From IMG/VR virus record IMGVR_UViG_3300047312_000347: a stretch of DNA of 64,000 nucleotides. One strand, 5' to 3'. This DNA is from an uncultured virus (IMG/VR IMGVR_UViG_3300047312_000347). Its lineage: Duplodnaviria; Heunggongvirae; Uroviricota; Caudoviricetes. The notes under the pieces are model-generated. The model searched no databases. It had not been told where the DNA came from and saw only the letters and a list, made by a program, of their open reading frames with translations. A program made the position numbers and the translations under genes. This document shows, in pieces, positions 1-8,857 of the stretch (the first letter of the stretch is position 1; each line of letters opens with the position of its first letter).

Positions 1-167
1 GTCGCGCGGTCCCCGCGCCATCCCGGAGGGCTCACAGTACCTTTGCCGCCCACCCCCAGCCATCCTGGCCTCACATCTATCGACGCACCACGCACCACGC
101 GCGCGTAGAGCATCAACAACAACTCACGTCTTCGTCTGCATGCCTGGCACGTCATATCATCATACTC

Positions 168-346
168 GCATCAATCAAACAAACCAGCATCACCGCATCA
201 CACACAACAACGAACAAGCACACACACAATAACACGCACACATTCAATCAATCAATCAAACACACACAACACGCACACATCACCACATCACACATCACAC
301 ATCACACACAACACACGCAATCAATCAAACACTAATCAACAATTCA
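168..346. repeat. CA-rich low-complexity tract
   Basis: About 7 G in ~175 nt on + strand; ATCAATCAAAC x3, tandem CACATCA, ACACAC runs. Confidence 0.9.
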
Positions 347-934
347 TTTCCTACGCGTCGCCATCGCCTTCTCGATCGCCATTGGAATCGTTCTCTGCAG
401 TTCATCCTGCATGCACTTCGCAAAGTCTTCGTAGAACGGAACGCGCTTCGGAATCTTAGTCGCTGATTTCAAGATATAGAGCAGCGTTAACTTACCCTTC
501 CGATCGCGCGCGTAGAGCGCATCGCCCTTTCGCAACGCTGTCGGCATGTTTCGAGGACGCAGGCGAGCAGGCACACCGCGCGAGCTGCGTGGGATATTAC
601 TCAGAGGCACAGCAAGGTTCGATCCACCGCGCGGCGTTCTGCTGCCGCCTAAAGACTGCATCACCAGATTGCCGCGTTCCAACTTGTCGAAGATTTCGAC
701 TGAAAGCGATTGCTTGCTGGCACGCGAGTCCTTGGTGGTGAGCGAAGCCGCGATGAAGCTCGCGTTACGCTGGACGATATGCTGCGGCCAAGTCGTCTTG
801 ATCAGTAGATTTCGGGTGACATCGGCCGCGCGGTTCATGGCGAGCGATAGCGCATAGGGCAATTGATCTGCGGCCACGCCGAGTGCGACCGCTTCTTTTG
901 CGAAGTCATCGAAGTCGAATTCAAGCTTGATCAT
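344..934 (-). CDS. Phage tail-completion/minor tail protein Z-like
   Basis: QLPYALSLAMN N-terminus and LYILKSATKIPKRVPF C-terminus; related to 30304..30855. Confidence 0.55.
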   Translation of the reverse strand: MIKLEFDFDDFAKEAVALGVAADQLPYALSLAMNRAADVTRNLLIKTTWPQHIVQRNASFIAASLTTKDSRASKQSLSVEIFDKLERGNLVMQSLGGSRTPRGGSNLAVPLSNIPRSSRGVPARLRPRNMPTALRKGDALYARDRKGKLTLLYILKSATKIPKRVPFYEDFAKCMQDELQRTIPMAIEKAMATRRK

Positions 935-938
935 TGTC

Positions 939-1133
939 CTACACCACGAATGGTCGCCTGATCTCGACTGTCGGCTTGCCGCGCTGCATGATTTTGATCA
1001 GCTCGACCTTGCTGTCGCTGGCCTCATCGAAGTAGAGCGCGACCGCTTGCGTGCTGTAGGCCGCGCCTTCTGCGAACTCGACAATAGCGGTCTTGGTTTC
1101 GAAATCGTATTCCATCCGCACCGCGTTTTTCAT
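939..1133 (-). CDS. Hypothetical protein
   Basis: AGAAGGA RBS before ATG 1133; abuts next gene. Confidence 0.5.
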   Translation of the reverse strand: MKNAVRMEYDFETKTAIVEFAEGAAYSTQAVALYFDEASDSKVELIKIMQRGKPTVEIRRPFVV

Positions 1134-1203
1134 GTGAGTAGTCCTTCTTGTCATTCGCTATGATAAGGATACATTATCGCACGCAAATCAGGAGAACGAT
1201 TGA

Positions 1204-1401
1204 ATGGACAAGATTGTTGAGCGCATCCGCAAAGAACGTGGCCTATCGGTGCGGGTGGCGGAAGCGTGCGGCATCAAGCGGACCGCGGTGTACCAATGGG
1301 AGCAGGTTCCGCTTTCGCGTGTGCATGTCGTGGCCGAGGTTCTGGGCATCAAACCCGAGCAGGTCCGACCGGACTTTTTCAAGCCGGCCCGGCGGCGATA
1401 G
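1204..1401 (+). CDS. Cro/YdaS-like HTH regulator
   Basis: VAEACGIKRTAVYQWEQVP...EQVRPDFF; AGGAG RBS. Confidence 0.8.
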   Translation: MDKIVERIRKERGLSVRVAEACGIKRTAVYQWEQVPLSRVHVVAEVLGIKPEQVRPDFFKPARRR

Positions 1402-1434
1402 GTCACCGGTGCTGTCGTGTTCTGTTCTCCAGTC

Positions 1435-1670
1435 ACCCGACCAAGATGGAGGGGTTCTCTGTAGAACCCCGACCTCTTTCTTGGTCGGGGTAGGGAGTCT
1501 GAGGGTGCAGCAGGGAACGACCACGGAACGATGTGAGGAACGATGTGAGGAACGGACAAGCTATTGATGTTGAATTCATTTTTCGAAGCTATGCGCTTGG
1601 TGCATAGACCATTTCCGCACATGCCAAAACCAACCTGAGACTCGGAGTGAGGAACGATGTGAGGAACGGA
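1435..1670. repeat. Putative replication origin (iterons plus hairpins)
   Basis: GGAACGATGTGA at 1525, 1537, 1651 with GGAACGGA at 1549, 1663; ACCCCGACC/GGTCGGGGT hairpin; downstream of helicase gene. Confidence 0.55.
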
Positions 1671-1735
1671 TTTCACCCACCGCGCTACCAATAAACGACC
1701 GTCACAAAGCCTGCCATGCGCGATTTGCAATACTC

Positions 1736-3151
1736 TCATAGCAAGACTCCACCAGCATAAAGACACGGATGGCGTTTAGATTTCACCACCGCCATCGGGC
1801 CTGCGCCCTGGTAAATTCGCTCCTTGGAAGTGAGGTAATCCATCGCCTCGCGCAGTAGTTTTTTGCGCGCCTTTGGATGGCTGTCGAGGGCCGCGGCTTC
1901 GGGTAATTCGGCAAACACCGTGGGTGCGAAATTGCGTGCGTTCTGGCTTGCGCTCACCGTCATGTCTTGCTTGTTGAAGCGTTGCAGGAGCATGAGGAAT
2001 ATCGTTTGCGCCTCGGCATCGAGCACGATCTTTTCGAGTGGCGTCGGGGTTGGTTTGTTCATCAGAAGGCCGTCTTCCCACACGAGCGGGATTGGGTCAC
2101 CGATCGGGCCGTAATTTGCCTTCATGGTTTCGAGCACGCGCACATTCTCAATCTCGGCACCAGACTCCTTTTTCGGTGTCTTGAGATAGAGGCGCGAGCG
2201 CACCGAGTTATTCCAGCCGGTTGAGCCTGACATGCCGGTGCCGCTGGCGATGCCTGACAATGACGGATGCGACAACAGCACGATGGTCGTATCGATCTCC
2301 AGGCACAGGCCGCGCAGCAAGCTTATGCACTGGCGCGCTTCGGTGCGGTTGCGCTCGTCCACCACGAAGATGTCGGCCGCGGTGTCGAGCCCGATCCACT
2401 TCGGCTTGATCACGCGTGCGGTGGCGTTGAGCTGCGCGAACAGCGGCGTCGGCCGCACGATGCCTTTGCCATCGACCGCGGCCATGACGGCGTCCTTGCC
2501 GGCGAGACTGAGCAGATGCAGATCGGCCAGGTCGCGAAAGCTGGTGCCGTAGAGCTTGTGGTAGTGCTCCACGATCTTGGCCATGCGGTAAAACATTTCA
2601 TCCTCGTCGTCTTCGGCGCTGATGAATATGACCGGGCCGGGCTCGGGCGTCTCGCCAATCCAATCCCTACCGATGACAGTGGCGACCGCGAGCTGCATCA
2701 TCAGAAGGGTCTTGCCGACGCCACCCTCACCTGAGAACAGCGTGACATTTCTCGCCGGAATGCGGTTGTTCACGATCCATCGGCGCTTCGGTGGATCGAC
2801 GCCGTCCCAGGCCGTGATGTCGATGAGCTTGAGCAGCGGCACCGGCGGTGACTTGCCGTTGGGCTTGCCGGGCTCATGTTCATCCGTAGGCCGCTCGATC
2901 TTCGCGAACGCTTCCGCGATGCGGGCCTGGATGTTGTCCTCGCCAAAATGTTGGATCAGCCCGTAGGCCAACGCTATGGCGCGCAGCTCATCGACCGCAT
3001 GCGCGCGATCGAGCCCTTTGGCGACGTAGCCGGCAACATCTTTGCACGCGTTGTCGAAGATCGTGCTGCGCGTTTCGATGTCGTCATTCGGTAGGCTGGC
3101 GAGCACCATGCGCCAGGACGCAAAGCCTTCGCTGAAACGATCCGTGCTCAT
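1736..3151 (-). CDS. AAA_25/RepA-like replicative helicase
   Basis: Walker A GEGGVGKT, SAED, LDT Walker B, LSHPS, GSTGW...R. Confidence 0.85.
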   Translation of the reverse strand: MSTDRFSEGFASWRMVLASLPNDDIETRSTIFDNACKDVAGYVAKGLDRAHAVDELRAIALAYGLIQHFGEDNIQARIAEAFAKIERPTDEHEPGKPNGKSPPVPLLKLIDITAWDGVDPPKRRWIVNNRIPARNVTLFSGEGGVGKTLLMMQLAVATVIGRDWIGETPEPGPVIFISAEDDEDEMFYRMAKIVEHYHKLYGTSFRDLADLHLLSLAGKDAVMAAVDGKGIVRPTPLFAQLNATARVIKPKWIGLDTAADIFVVDERNRTEARQCISLLRGLCLEIDTTIVLLSHPSLSGIASGTGMSGSTGWNNSVRSRLYLKTPKKESGAEIENVRVLETMKANYGPIGDPIPLVWEDGLLMNKPTPTPLEKIVLDAEAQTIFLMLLQRFNKQDMTVSASQNARNFAPTVFAELPEAAALDSHPKARKKLLREAMDYLTSKERIYQGAGPMAVVKSKRHPCLYAGGVLL

Positions 3152-3351
3152 TCAAACCTCCTGAACGGATCGAGGATGATGATCTCGACGGCCTCGCGGC
3201 CGAGCATGTCGAGGATGCCGGCGCGCACCGCATAGAGGCGCAGCGGCTCGGTCGCCTGTTCGATGTCACTGAATTCGCCAAAGCCATAAAGCATTGCCCG
3301 CGCTTCGGCGCGCGCGCGGAGCACAAGAATAGGATGTGCGGCATCCGACAT
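3148..3351 (-). CDS. Hypothetical protein
   Basis: ATGA overlap with helicase; paralogue at 40788..40997 (LVLRARAEAR). Confidence 0.75.
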   Translation of the reverse strand: MSDAAHPILVLRARAEARAMLYGFGEFSDIEQATEPLRLYAVRAGILDMLGREAVEIIILDPFRRFE

Positions 3352-3374
3352 AGATTTTCCAGCACAAAAAAAAT

Positions 3375-3587
3375 TCAGATGCCGTCATCGAGCACAGCAT
3401 CGATGAGGCTGTGGTTCAGTACGGTGTGAGCGATTCGCTCGATCAGCTCGCGCGGTTGCGTTCCGCGCTTGTCGGCCGCTCTCAGCAGGCGGTTGAATTG
3501 GGCAGCAGTCAGCTTGACGCGCATGTTGTGAGGGCGCAATGAGCTGCGCAGCCGCGGCGCCGGTGTTGGCACAATCAGCTCGTCCAT
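3375..3587 (-). CDS. Small DNA-binding (RHH-like) protein
   Basis: Paralogue at 40994..41206 (LIDAVLDD end). Confidence 0.7.
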   Translation of the reverse strand: MDELIVPTPAPRLRSSLRPHNMRVKLTAAQFNRLLRAADKRGTQPRELIERIAHTVLNHSLIDAVLDDGI

Positions 3588-3658
3588 ACGGCTGCCCTCC
3601 GCCCCCGGTTGTAAGCCGGGCTTATCAAGGCTAGGATGGCGGGTCGAAAGGATTCGCT

Positions 3659-3871
3659 ATGACAGAACACCCGGAGATGGACGGCTTGACCGTGCGCGAG
3701 CGCTTCGTGCGTATCGATCAGATGCTTGCCGACATTGATCGTATTTTTGCTGACCGCGACCGCAAGCGGCAGGAGATCAGATTCGCGCCTTGGCTGGCGG
3801 TGACGACCGGTATGGGCACCGGCGCCGCCCTGTTCGCAGCCGCCTTCACACTTTTCAAGCTGTTTGGCTAA
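3659..3871 (+). CDS. Small coiled-coil protein with C-terminal TM helix (moron-like)
   Basis: Opposite strand to operon; hydrophobic C-terminus. Confidence 0.55.
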   Translation: MTEHPEMDGLTVRERFVRIDQMLADIDRIFADRDRKRQEIRFAPWLAVTTGMGTGAALFAAAFTLFKLFG

Positions 3872-4068
3872 GGTCATGCCGATCCTTTGCTCTGTCTAAA
3901 GTGGCCCGCCAAGGGTTCGATGCCTCGACAATTTCCCCCGGCGGGCCTTCCTGCTTACTGAGTGTTGTGGACGGATCAGCAGGGCAGGAAACTCATTTTA
4001 AGTCCTATTCTTTCTCTCAGACGGTGTGTCTCTGCTCATCGCCCTCCTTCTCTCCATCCAAACCAAGA

Positions 4069-4605
4069 TCATGCTGCAGCGATCCTCCGCTTGCCGAACA
4101 GCGGTGACAGCGTGGTGCCGAAAGTCGGGTCGATGATCGAGCAGCGCCACGCCCAGATTGCGAGCGCGTCGGCCGCGTTGTCGTCTGCCGGCGCCCAGCC
4201 GAGCGCTTCGCATCGCTGCACGGTGCGGTGCTTGGCGGTGTCACGATCCAGGCTACCGTCGCCCAGGAAAAACTTGCGCACCGTATTCACCGGCGCAAAC
4301 GCCGGCCTGTAGACGCCGGCATTGAACGTCACCGCCTCCGCGATGCCGATCAGTTTTATCAGAAGGGTGTCGGCCGCGATCGAGCTTTTCCAACTCTGAC
4401 GCTTGCGGACCTCCTGCTCGATGACCAAGTGATCGACGGGGTTGTCCTTCATGAAAGTGGTCAACATTTCCAGCGCGTGGCCCAAGATCGCGCCGTGCGA
4501 GGCACCCTTGGCGGCGAATCGCATCGTGCCCGAGCGCGGCTCATCGCCGGGTCTGCCGAGCGCCCACCCGGTTTCGGTGGCAAGGTCGAGCGCGAGCACG
4601 ATCAT
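4069..4605 (-). CDS. RuvC-like Holliday junction resolvase
   Basis: LALDLATETGWA, VIEQ, DNAADALAI. Confidence 0.75.
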   Translation of the reverse strand: MIVLALDLATETGWALGRPGDEPRSGTMRFAAKGASHGAILGHALEMLTTFMKDNPVDHLVIEQEVRKRQSWKSSIAADTLLIKLIGIAEAVTFNAGVYRPAFAPVNTVRKFFLGDGSLDRDTAKHRTVQRCEALGWAPADDNAADALAIWAWRCSIIDPTFGTTLSPLFGKRRIAAA

Positions 4606-4940
4606 GGCTCGTCCTTCGAATGAGCCGGCCCGAGCGCCCATATGACCGCTTGCCGCCTTGATTTTGTGGCGCGTCGGCGGCCACTGTCGATGACACGGCC
4701 CATCTGCGTCAGCTCCACACGCCGCGGACGTTGCGTGTTTGCAGGCATGGGAATCCCGCCTTGCATTTCCTCATCGGTTGCGCCCGCGCACCCCGCTAGA
4801 AACTCTATGATCTCGACATGCAGCGGACCGACGCGCTTTCGGATGCTGTCAGCCGCCGCGCGCGAGGTGTCGCTGTGTCGCTGCGACGGTGGATTACCGT
4901 CATAGTGCGGGTATCCGAATAGATCGCGCTCGCCACTCAT
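4602..4940 (-). CDS. Hypothetical winged-helix protein
   Basis: DTSRAAA, GATDEE, RPRRVEL...DSGRRR phage family motifs; ATGA overlaps. Confidence 0.7.
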   Translation of the reverse strand: MSGERDLFGYPHYDGNPPSQRHSDTSRAAADSIRKRVGPLHVEIIEFLAGCAGATDEEMQGGIPMPANTQRPRRVELTQMGRVIDSGRRRATKSRRQAVIWALGPAHSKDEP

Positions 4941-5557
4941 GCCACCGCCCTCTTGCCGCAGTCCTCGACCTCATTCCCCCATGCGTCCCATCCGGCGTGC
5001 CGCTCGCGCGCGAACAGCTCGATGCGCGGCAGCGTCGGAAATGTCTGCTCGATCAGCTCGCGGAACATCGGCGGCTTGGCACTGTGCTTTGTGCGCTTCG
5101 CCTGCATGGCGGACGGGTAATTGTCGCTTGCCGGTGCCGGCACGCCGCCGCGCGTTCCGAGCAGCAGAATTTCGTGATTGTTCCGGTTCCAATAGCCGGT
5201 CCCGGTCTTGTCCTTCATCCAAACAAAGTGCGTCTTGTACTTGAAGCCCCAGGCGCTCATCACCGCGAGTGCTTGCAGCAGCATTGGCACCGTCGCCCAT
5301 AAAAACAGGATGCAATCCGGCGCCGCCGGCACCTGCAGCGCCATGATCGAGTTCAGATCCATCGTCGGATAGTGGTTGTCGGCGGCACGATCCATGCCGG
5401 TGTCGCGGCTGTAGGGCTCGAAGCGCCAGGGCGGATCGGCATAAATCACGCCGTAAAGCTTTGCCGGCATCGCCCTTTGCTTCTTGCCGAGCTGCCGTTC
5501 ACGCAGCGCGCGGCGCCGTTTCTTGTCGGCATAACGGCACGCCAGCTTGCTCATCAT
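4937..5557 (-). CDS. MT-A70 family adenine methyltransferase
   Basis: YADPPW, HYPTM, HSAKP, IELFAR, WGNE. Confidence 0.9.
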   Translation of the reverse strand: MMSKLACRYADKKRRRALRERQLGKKQRAMPAKLYGVIYADPPWRFEPYSRDTGMDRAADNHYPTMDLNSIMALQVPAAPDCILFLWATVPMLLQALAVMSAWGFKYKTHFVWMKDKTGTGYWNRNNHEILLLGTRGGVPAPASDNYPSAMQAKRTKHSAKPPMFRELIEQTFPTLPRIELFARERHAGWDAWGNEVEDCGKRAVA

Positions 5558-5841
5558 GCGACCTTCTTTCGCTCGCGGGTCAGATAGATGCGCCGCGCCT
5601 CTCGATCGAACCGCACTTCGTAGTCTGTTGAAGCGAGTAGACGGTTGAGCTGGGTGATGTGGGATTTCACCGTGTTCTGTGAGCGCGGCTCGTCCCAGAC
5701 GGCAGCAATGAACTTGTCGATGCTGATGCCGTCTTCACCCGCTTTCTCCAGAACACCGATGATGCGTGACTTGCGCGGCGGCAAGTAGACGCCGCAGCGC
5801 TCATCCCTGATCGGCTGATGGCAACGCGGACAGATCGGCAT
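5554..5841 (-). CDS. OmpR-type winged-helix protein with CxxC
   Basis: CPRC; AVW...NTVKSHITQLNRLL. Confidence 0.65.
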   Translation of the reverse strand: MPICPRCHQPIRDERCGVYLPPRKSRIIGVLEKAGEDGISIDKFIAAVWDEPRSQNTVKSHITQLNRLLASTDYEVRFDREARRIYLTRERKKVA

Positions 5842-5843
5842 TG

Positions 5844-6221
5844 TCACCCCGCAACGCTGTCCTGCGCCTCGCCACCCTTCGACCGCCCGCGCTTGACTGC
5901 GGCCTGCCCGAGCGGCGTGTCGGCGTAGGGACCGAGCGCTTGGCGGATCATCTCGTGCGCCTCCGCATCGTCGGGCTCTAGCGCTTCCACCCGCTTCTGA
6001 TGCTTGCGATCGTCCAGAAACTTTTTCAGCTCGACGCGGAATGCGTTGACGTTGATTTCGGACTCGCGCACCGACTTCATCGTGCTCTTGATCTTGCCGC
6101 GCGGGCCTTTGCATTTGGCCATGTGGGCAGCCTTGAGCTTGTCGAGTTCGTCGTGCTGCGTGGCGATCGATTTTAGGAACGCATGTAATTCCTCGCCGTC
6201 ATAGCCGTTGCCTGCCGTCAT
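5844..6221 (-). CDS. GapR/DUF2312-like DNA-binding protein
   Basis: ELHAFLKSI..., ALGPYADTPLGQAA C-terminus; GGAGG RBS. Confidence 0.55.
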   Translation of the reverse strand: MTAGNGYDGEELHAFLKSIATQHDELDKLKAAHMAKCKGPRGKIKSTMKSVRESEINVNAFRVELKKFLDDRKHQKRVEALEPDDAEAHEMIRQALGPYADTPLGQAAVKRGRSKGGEAQDSVAG

Positions 6222-6509
6222 GGGATTCCTCCGGTTCAAATGAGTTTGCGACCCTGCTGCTTATCGCTCGCGCCCGTCAAGAGCACGGCTTGAACCGTTC
6301 AAATCGCTTTGAAATAAAAGTCGTGGTGTAAACTATACCCATTTGAACGCTGCTTGTGTTTGATCCTCCAACATTTCCCTACTCGGGTAGTTTTCGGTTT
6401 TTGGGCAATGATTACCCATTTTCGATCGTCGTCGGCGCGCTCGTCTTGACGAAATATTTTTGAACGCAAATAGTCCGCGTCGATCGGATAATCAAAAATC
6501 GGTGCCGCC

Positions 6510-7451
6510 GTGGTCGAGCGAATCGAGATTACGCAGAACTACGATTGGCTGGCTGCACGCCGCCAATTCATCGGCGCCAGCGAGGTCGCAACGGTGTGCG
6601 GTGTCGCCGCCTACGGATCGCTCGCGGAGCTTTTCGCGGAAAAGAAGGGATTGCGCCCGCCACTCATCGACAACGGCGTGCTGCGCCGCGGCAGATGGGG
6701 CGAAAGTGCCGTGTTTCAGGCACTTGCGGACGAACGGCCCGAATGGCGGGTGGTGCGCGCGCGCGTCCACGTCATCGACCGCGAGCGACGAATCGCCTGC
6801 ACGCCGGACGGCTATGCCGAGGCGCCCGACCGTGACGGGTTCGGCCTGGTGCAGGCGAAAGTCGTGAGCCGTTCCATATTTCGGCAGAAGTGGCTGCACG
6901 ATCCCGACAGCACGATCGACGGGCCGGCAACGCCGCCGGTGCATTTCCGCTTGCAGACTATCACCGAGCGCATGCTCAACGCTGATCGCTGCAAGTGGGC
7001 GGTGCTCGCGGTGCTCATAAACGGCGAGTTCGACTGGACGTTCCGCTTGTTCGATGTCGAATACAGTCAGGATATTGAGGATACTATCTGTGGCGATGTT
7101 CTCGCATTCCATCGCAACTACCTCGATCCCGGAATCATGCCTCCGTTCGAGCCGCAGCGCGACACGGCGCTGATCAAACAACTATTCCCAACTGATGACG
7201 GCAGCGAGGTCGATCTGCGCGGTGATAACCGCGCGCTTGTCGCGGTCGATGAGCTGACGGAGACGAAAGCTGCGATCAAACGGCTGGAGAAAAACGAGAC
7301 GGCGCTAAAGGCCGAGCTGACCGGCAAGCTCGGCGCCGCCACCTTCGGCCGGCTGGCCGATGGGCGCCTGCTGTCGTGGAAGCTGCAAAATCGCAAAGGG
7401 CATGTGGTCGAGCCGTCGAGCTTCCGCGTTCTCCGTGTGCTGGAGGCATGA
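6510..7451 (+). CDS. YqaJ-like viral recombinase exonuclease
   Basis: WLAARRQFIGASE, CTPDG, QAK. Confidence 0.85.
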   Translation: MVERIEITQNYDWLAARRQFIGASEVATVCGVAAYGSLAELFAEKKGLRPPLIDNGVLRRGRWGESAVFQALADERPEWRVVRARVHVIDRERRIACTPDGYAEAPDRDGFGLVQAKVVSRSIFRQKWLHDPDSTIDGPATPPVHFRLQTITERMLNADRCKWAVLAVLINGEFDWTFRLFDVEYSQDIEDTICGDVLAFHRNYLDPGIMPPFEPQRDTALIKQLFPTDDGSEVDLRGDNRALVAVDELTETKAAIKRLEKNETALKAELTGKLGAATFGRLADGRLLSWKLQNRKGHVVEPSSFRVLRVLEA

Positions 7452-7697
7452 ATGAGCATTGTCGATCAGAAGACACAAGATTTGCTTGAGCGCGACGGTT
7501 TCATCGTTGTGCAAAAGAAGCCCGATCCAGCCGCCGCGAGCGGCCCGGTCACCGCAAAGGAAAGCGATGCGGCGGTGAAGCTTGGATTTAACGAACGTGA
7601 AATTGCCGGCGCAAAGGCGATCATCAGAAAATTCCCCGGCGTTCTGACATGGGTTTACGCCTTACAGCTCGCCAGAGCAGCTATCAATGCGACGTGA
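7452..7697 (+). CDS. Hypothetical protein
   Basis: GGAGG RBS, abuts YqaJ. Confidence 0.55.
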   Translation: MSIVDQKTQDLLERDGFIVVQKKPDPAAASGPVTAKESDAAVKLGFNEREIAGAKAIIRKFPGVLTWVYALQLARAAINAT

Positions 7698-7786
7698 TGC
7701 GCCGACTTGGCGTCTTCGGACGCTTAGTCGGGGCCTCATGCCCAGAAACCGTACCGGACGGCATCCGGCTGAAAGGAGATAAATAG

Positions 7787-8806
7787 ATGACCGATGATAA
7801 TAAAATCCTCAAAATGCCAACGGCCGCGAACCAGCTCGCAGAGTTGCGGAGTGAGATCGCGGCCGCTGCTGCCACTACGAATCCCGACGATGTGAAGACC
7901 GTCAGCGAGATTTTGGCAGCGGCAAAAGAAGGCAAGCGCCGTGTCGTGCAATATGTGTTGACGCCTGCCGTAATGGCAACCCTACATTCCCGGCACAATC
8001 CACACAACCGAGATACCAATCCAAGCTGGGTTCGGGAGCTTGCCCGGCGGATGAAAGCCGGACAATGGCGATGGAACAACGAGTTGCCCGGCTTCTATGA
8101 TTCAGGCGAGCTGGCCGACGCTGGGCATCGCCTTGCCGCCGGGGCAATTGCTGGATTTACTTGGGAAACTGGCATTGTGTTCGGCGTTCAGAAAGACGCG
8201 ATCACCACCATCGATGACGGCAGAAAGCGCCACGGCTACGATGCCGCCAAACTCAGTGGCGTACAGCAGGCCGCGCTCAAGGAAACGGTTCTGCGTCAAG
8301 CGACAGCGTATCTCATCAAGGCGGGCGACCAGACCGTCAAGCCGCTGCTGTCGTTGACCGAGATGGCGGACGCCATCGACAAGAACAGCAACACTCTCGA
8401 CTTGGCGGTCGAAATCGCCAGGGCCAGCGCCACGAATATTGTAAATCCGGTGCTCAAGGAAACCGTCGCGAGCGTGATCGGCTATCTCATGTTGACCCAT
8501 CACTGGCCGGAAATGCGCGTGCGTGAAAAGCTCGCTTTGTTTAATCAAGGCAACTATAGCCAAGTCGGCGAGAATGATCCGTTTTTCGTCGCTGGCGAGA
8601 CGATCACCAATGCCCGCAAAAAGACGGATACCAAGGATCGACTCAGTACCAACAAGGAGATCGGTGTTGTGCTCTCAGTCATGCGCATGACCGCCAGTGG
8701 GGTAAAGGCCATCAAGCGCAATCAACTGCTTGCCGGAATCAAAAAGAGTCTCCCGGACCCGAGTTATCCGGGCGAAGTGTCGGGCGAGCAGCCGGCCGTT
8801 GCGTAG
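7787..8806 (+). CDS. ParB/Srx-like (DGQHR-type) protein
   Basis: NPHNR..V..LARRMKAGQW, LADAGHRL, TIDDGRKR. Confidence 0.65.
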   Translation: MTDDNKILKMPTAANQLAELRSEIAAAAATTNPDDVKTVSEILAAAKEGKRRVVQYVLTPAVMATLHSRHNPHNRDTNPSWVRELARRMKAGQWRWNNELPGFYDSGELADAGHRLAAGAIAGFTWETGIVFGVQKDAITTIDDGRKRHGYDAAKLSGVQQAALKETVLRQATAYLIKAGDQTVKPLLSLTEMADAIDKNSNTLDLAVEIARASATNIVNPVLKETVASVIGYLMLTHHWPEMRVREKLALFNQGNYSQVGENDPFFVAGETITNARKKTDTKDRLSTNKEIGVVLSVMRMTASGVKAIKRNQLLAGIKKSLPDPSYPGEVSGEQPAVA

Positions 8807-8815
8807 AGTCGATTT

Positions 8816-8844
8816 GCCGGGGCGCGAATGCCCCGGCCTTTTTT
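8816..8844 (+). terminator. Intrinsic terminator
   Basis: GCCGGGGC-loop-GCCCCGGC then CTTTTTT. Confidence 0.8.
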
Positions 8845-8857
8845 CTAGGAGAACCCG

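Noticed and set aside
1188..1766. 192-aa ORF with VPHI repeats
   Set aside because: Translation of the iteron repeats; overlaps the Cro-like gene antisense
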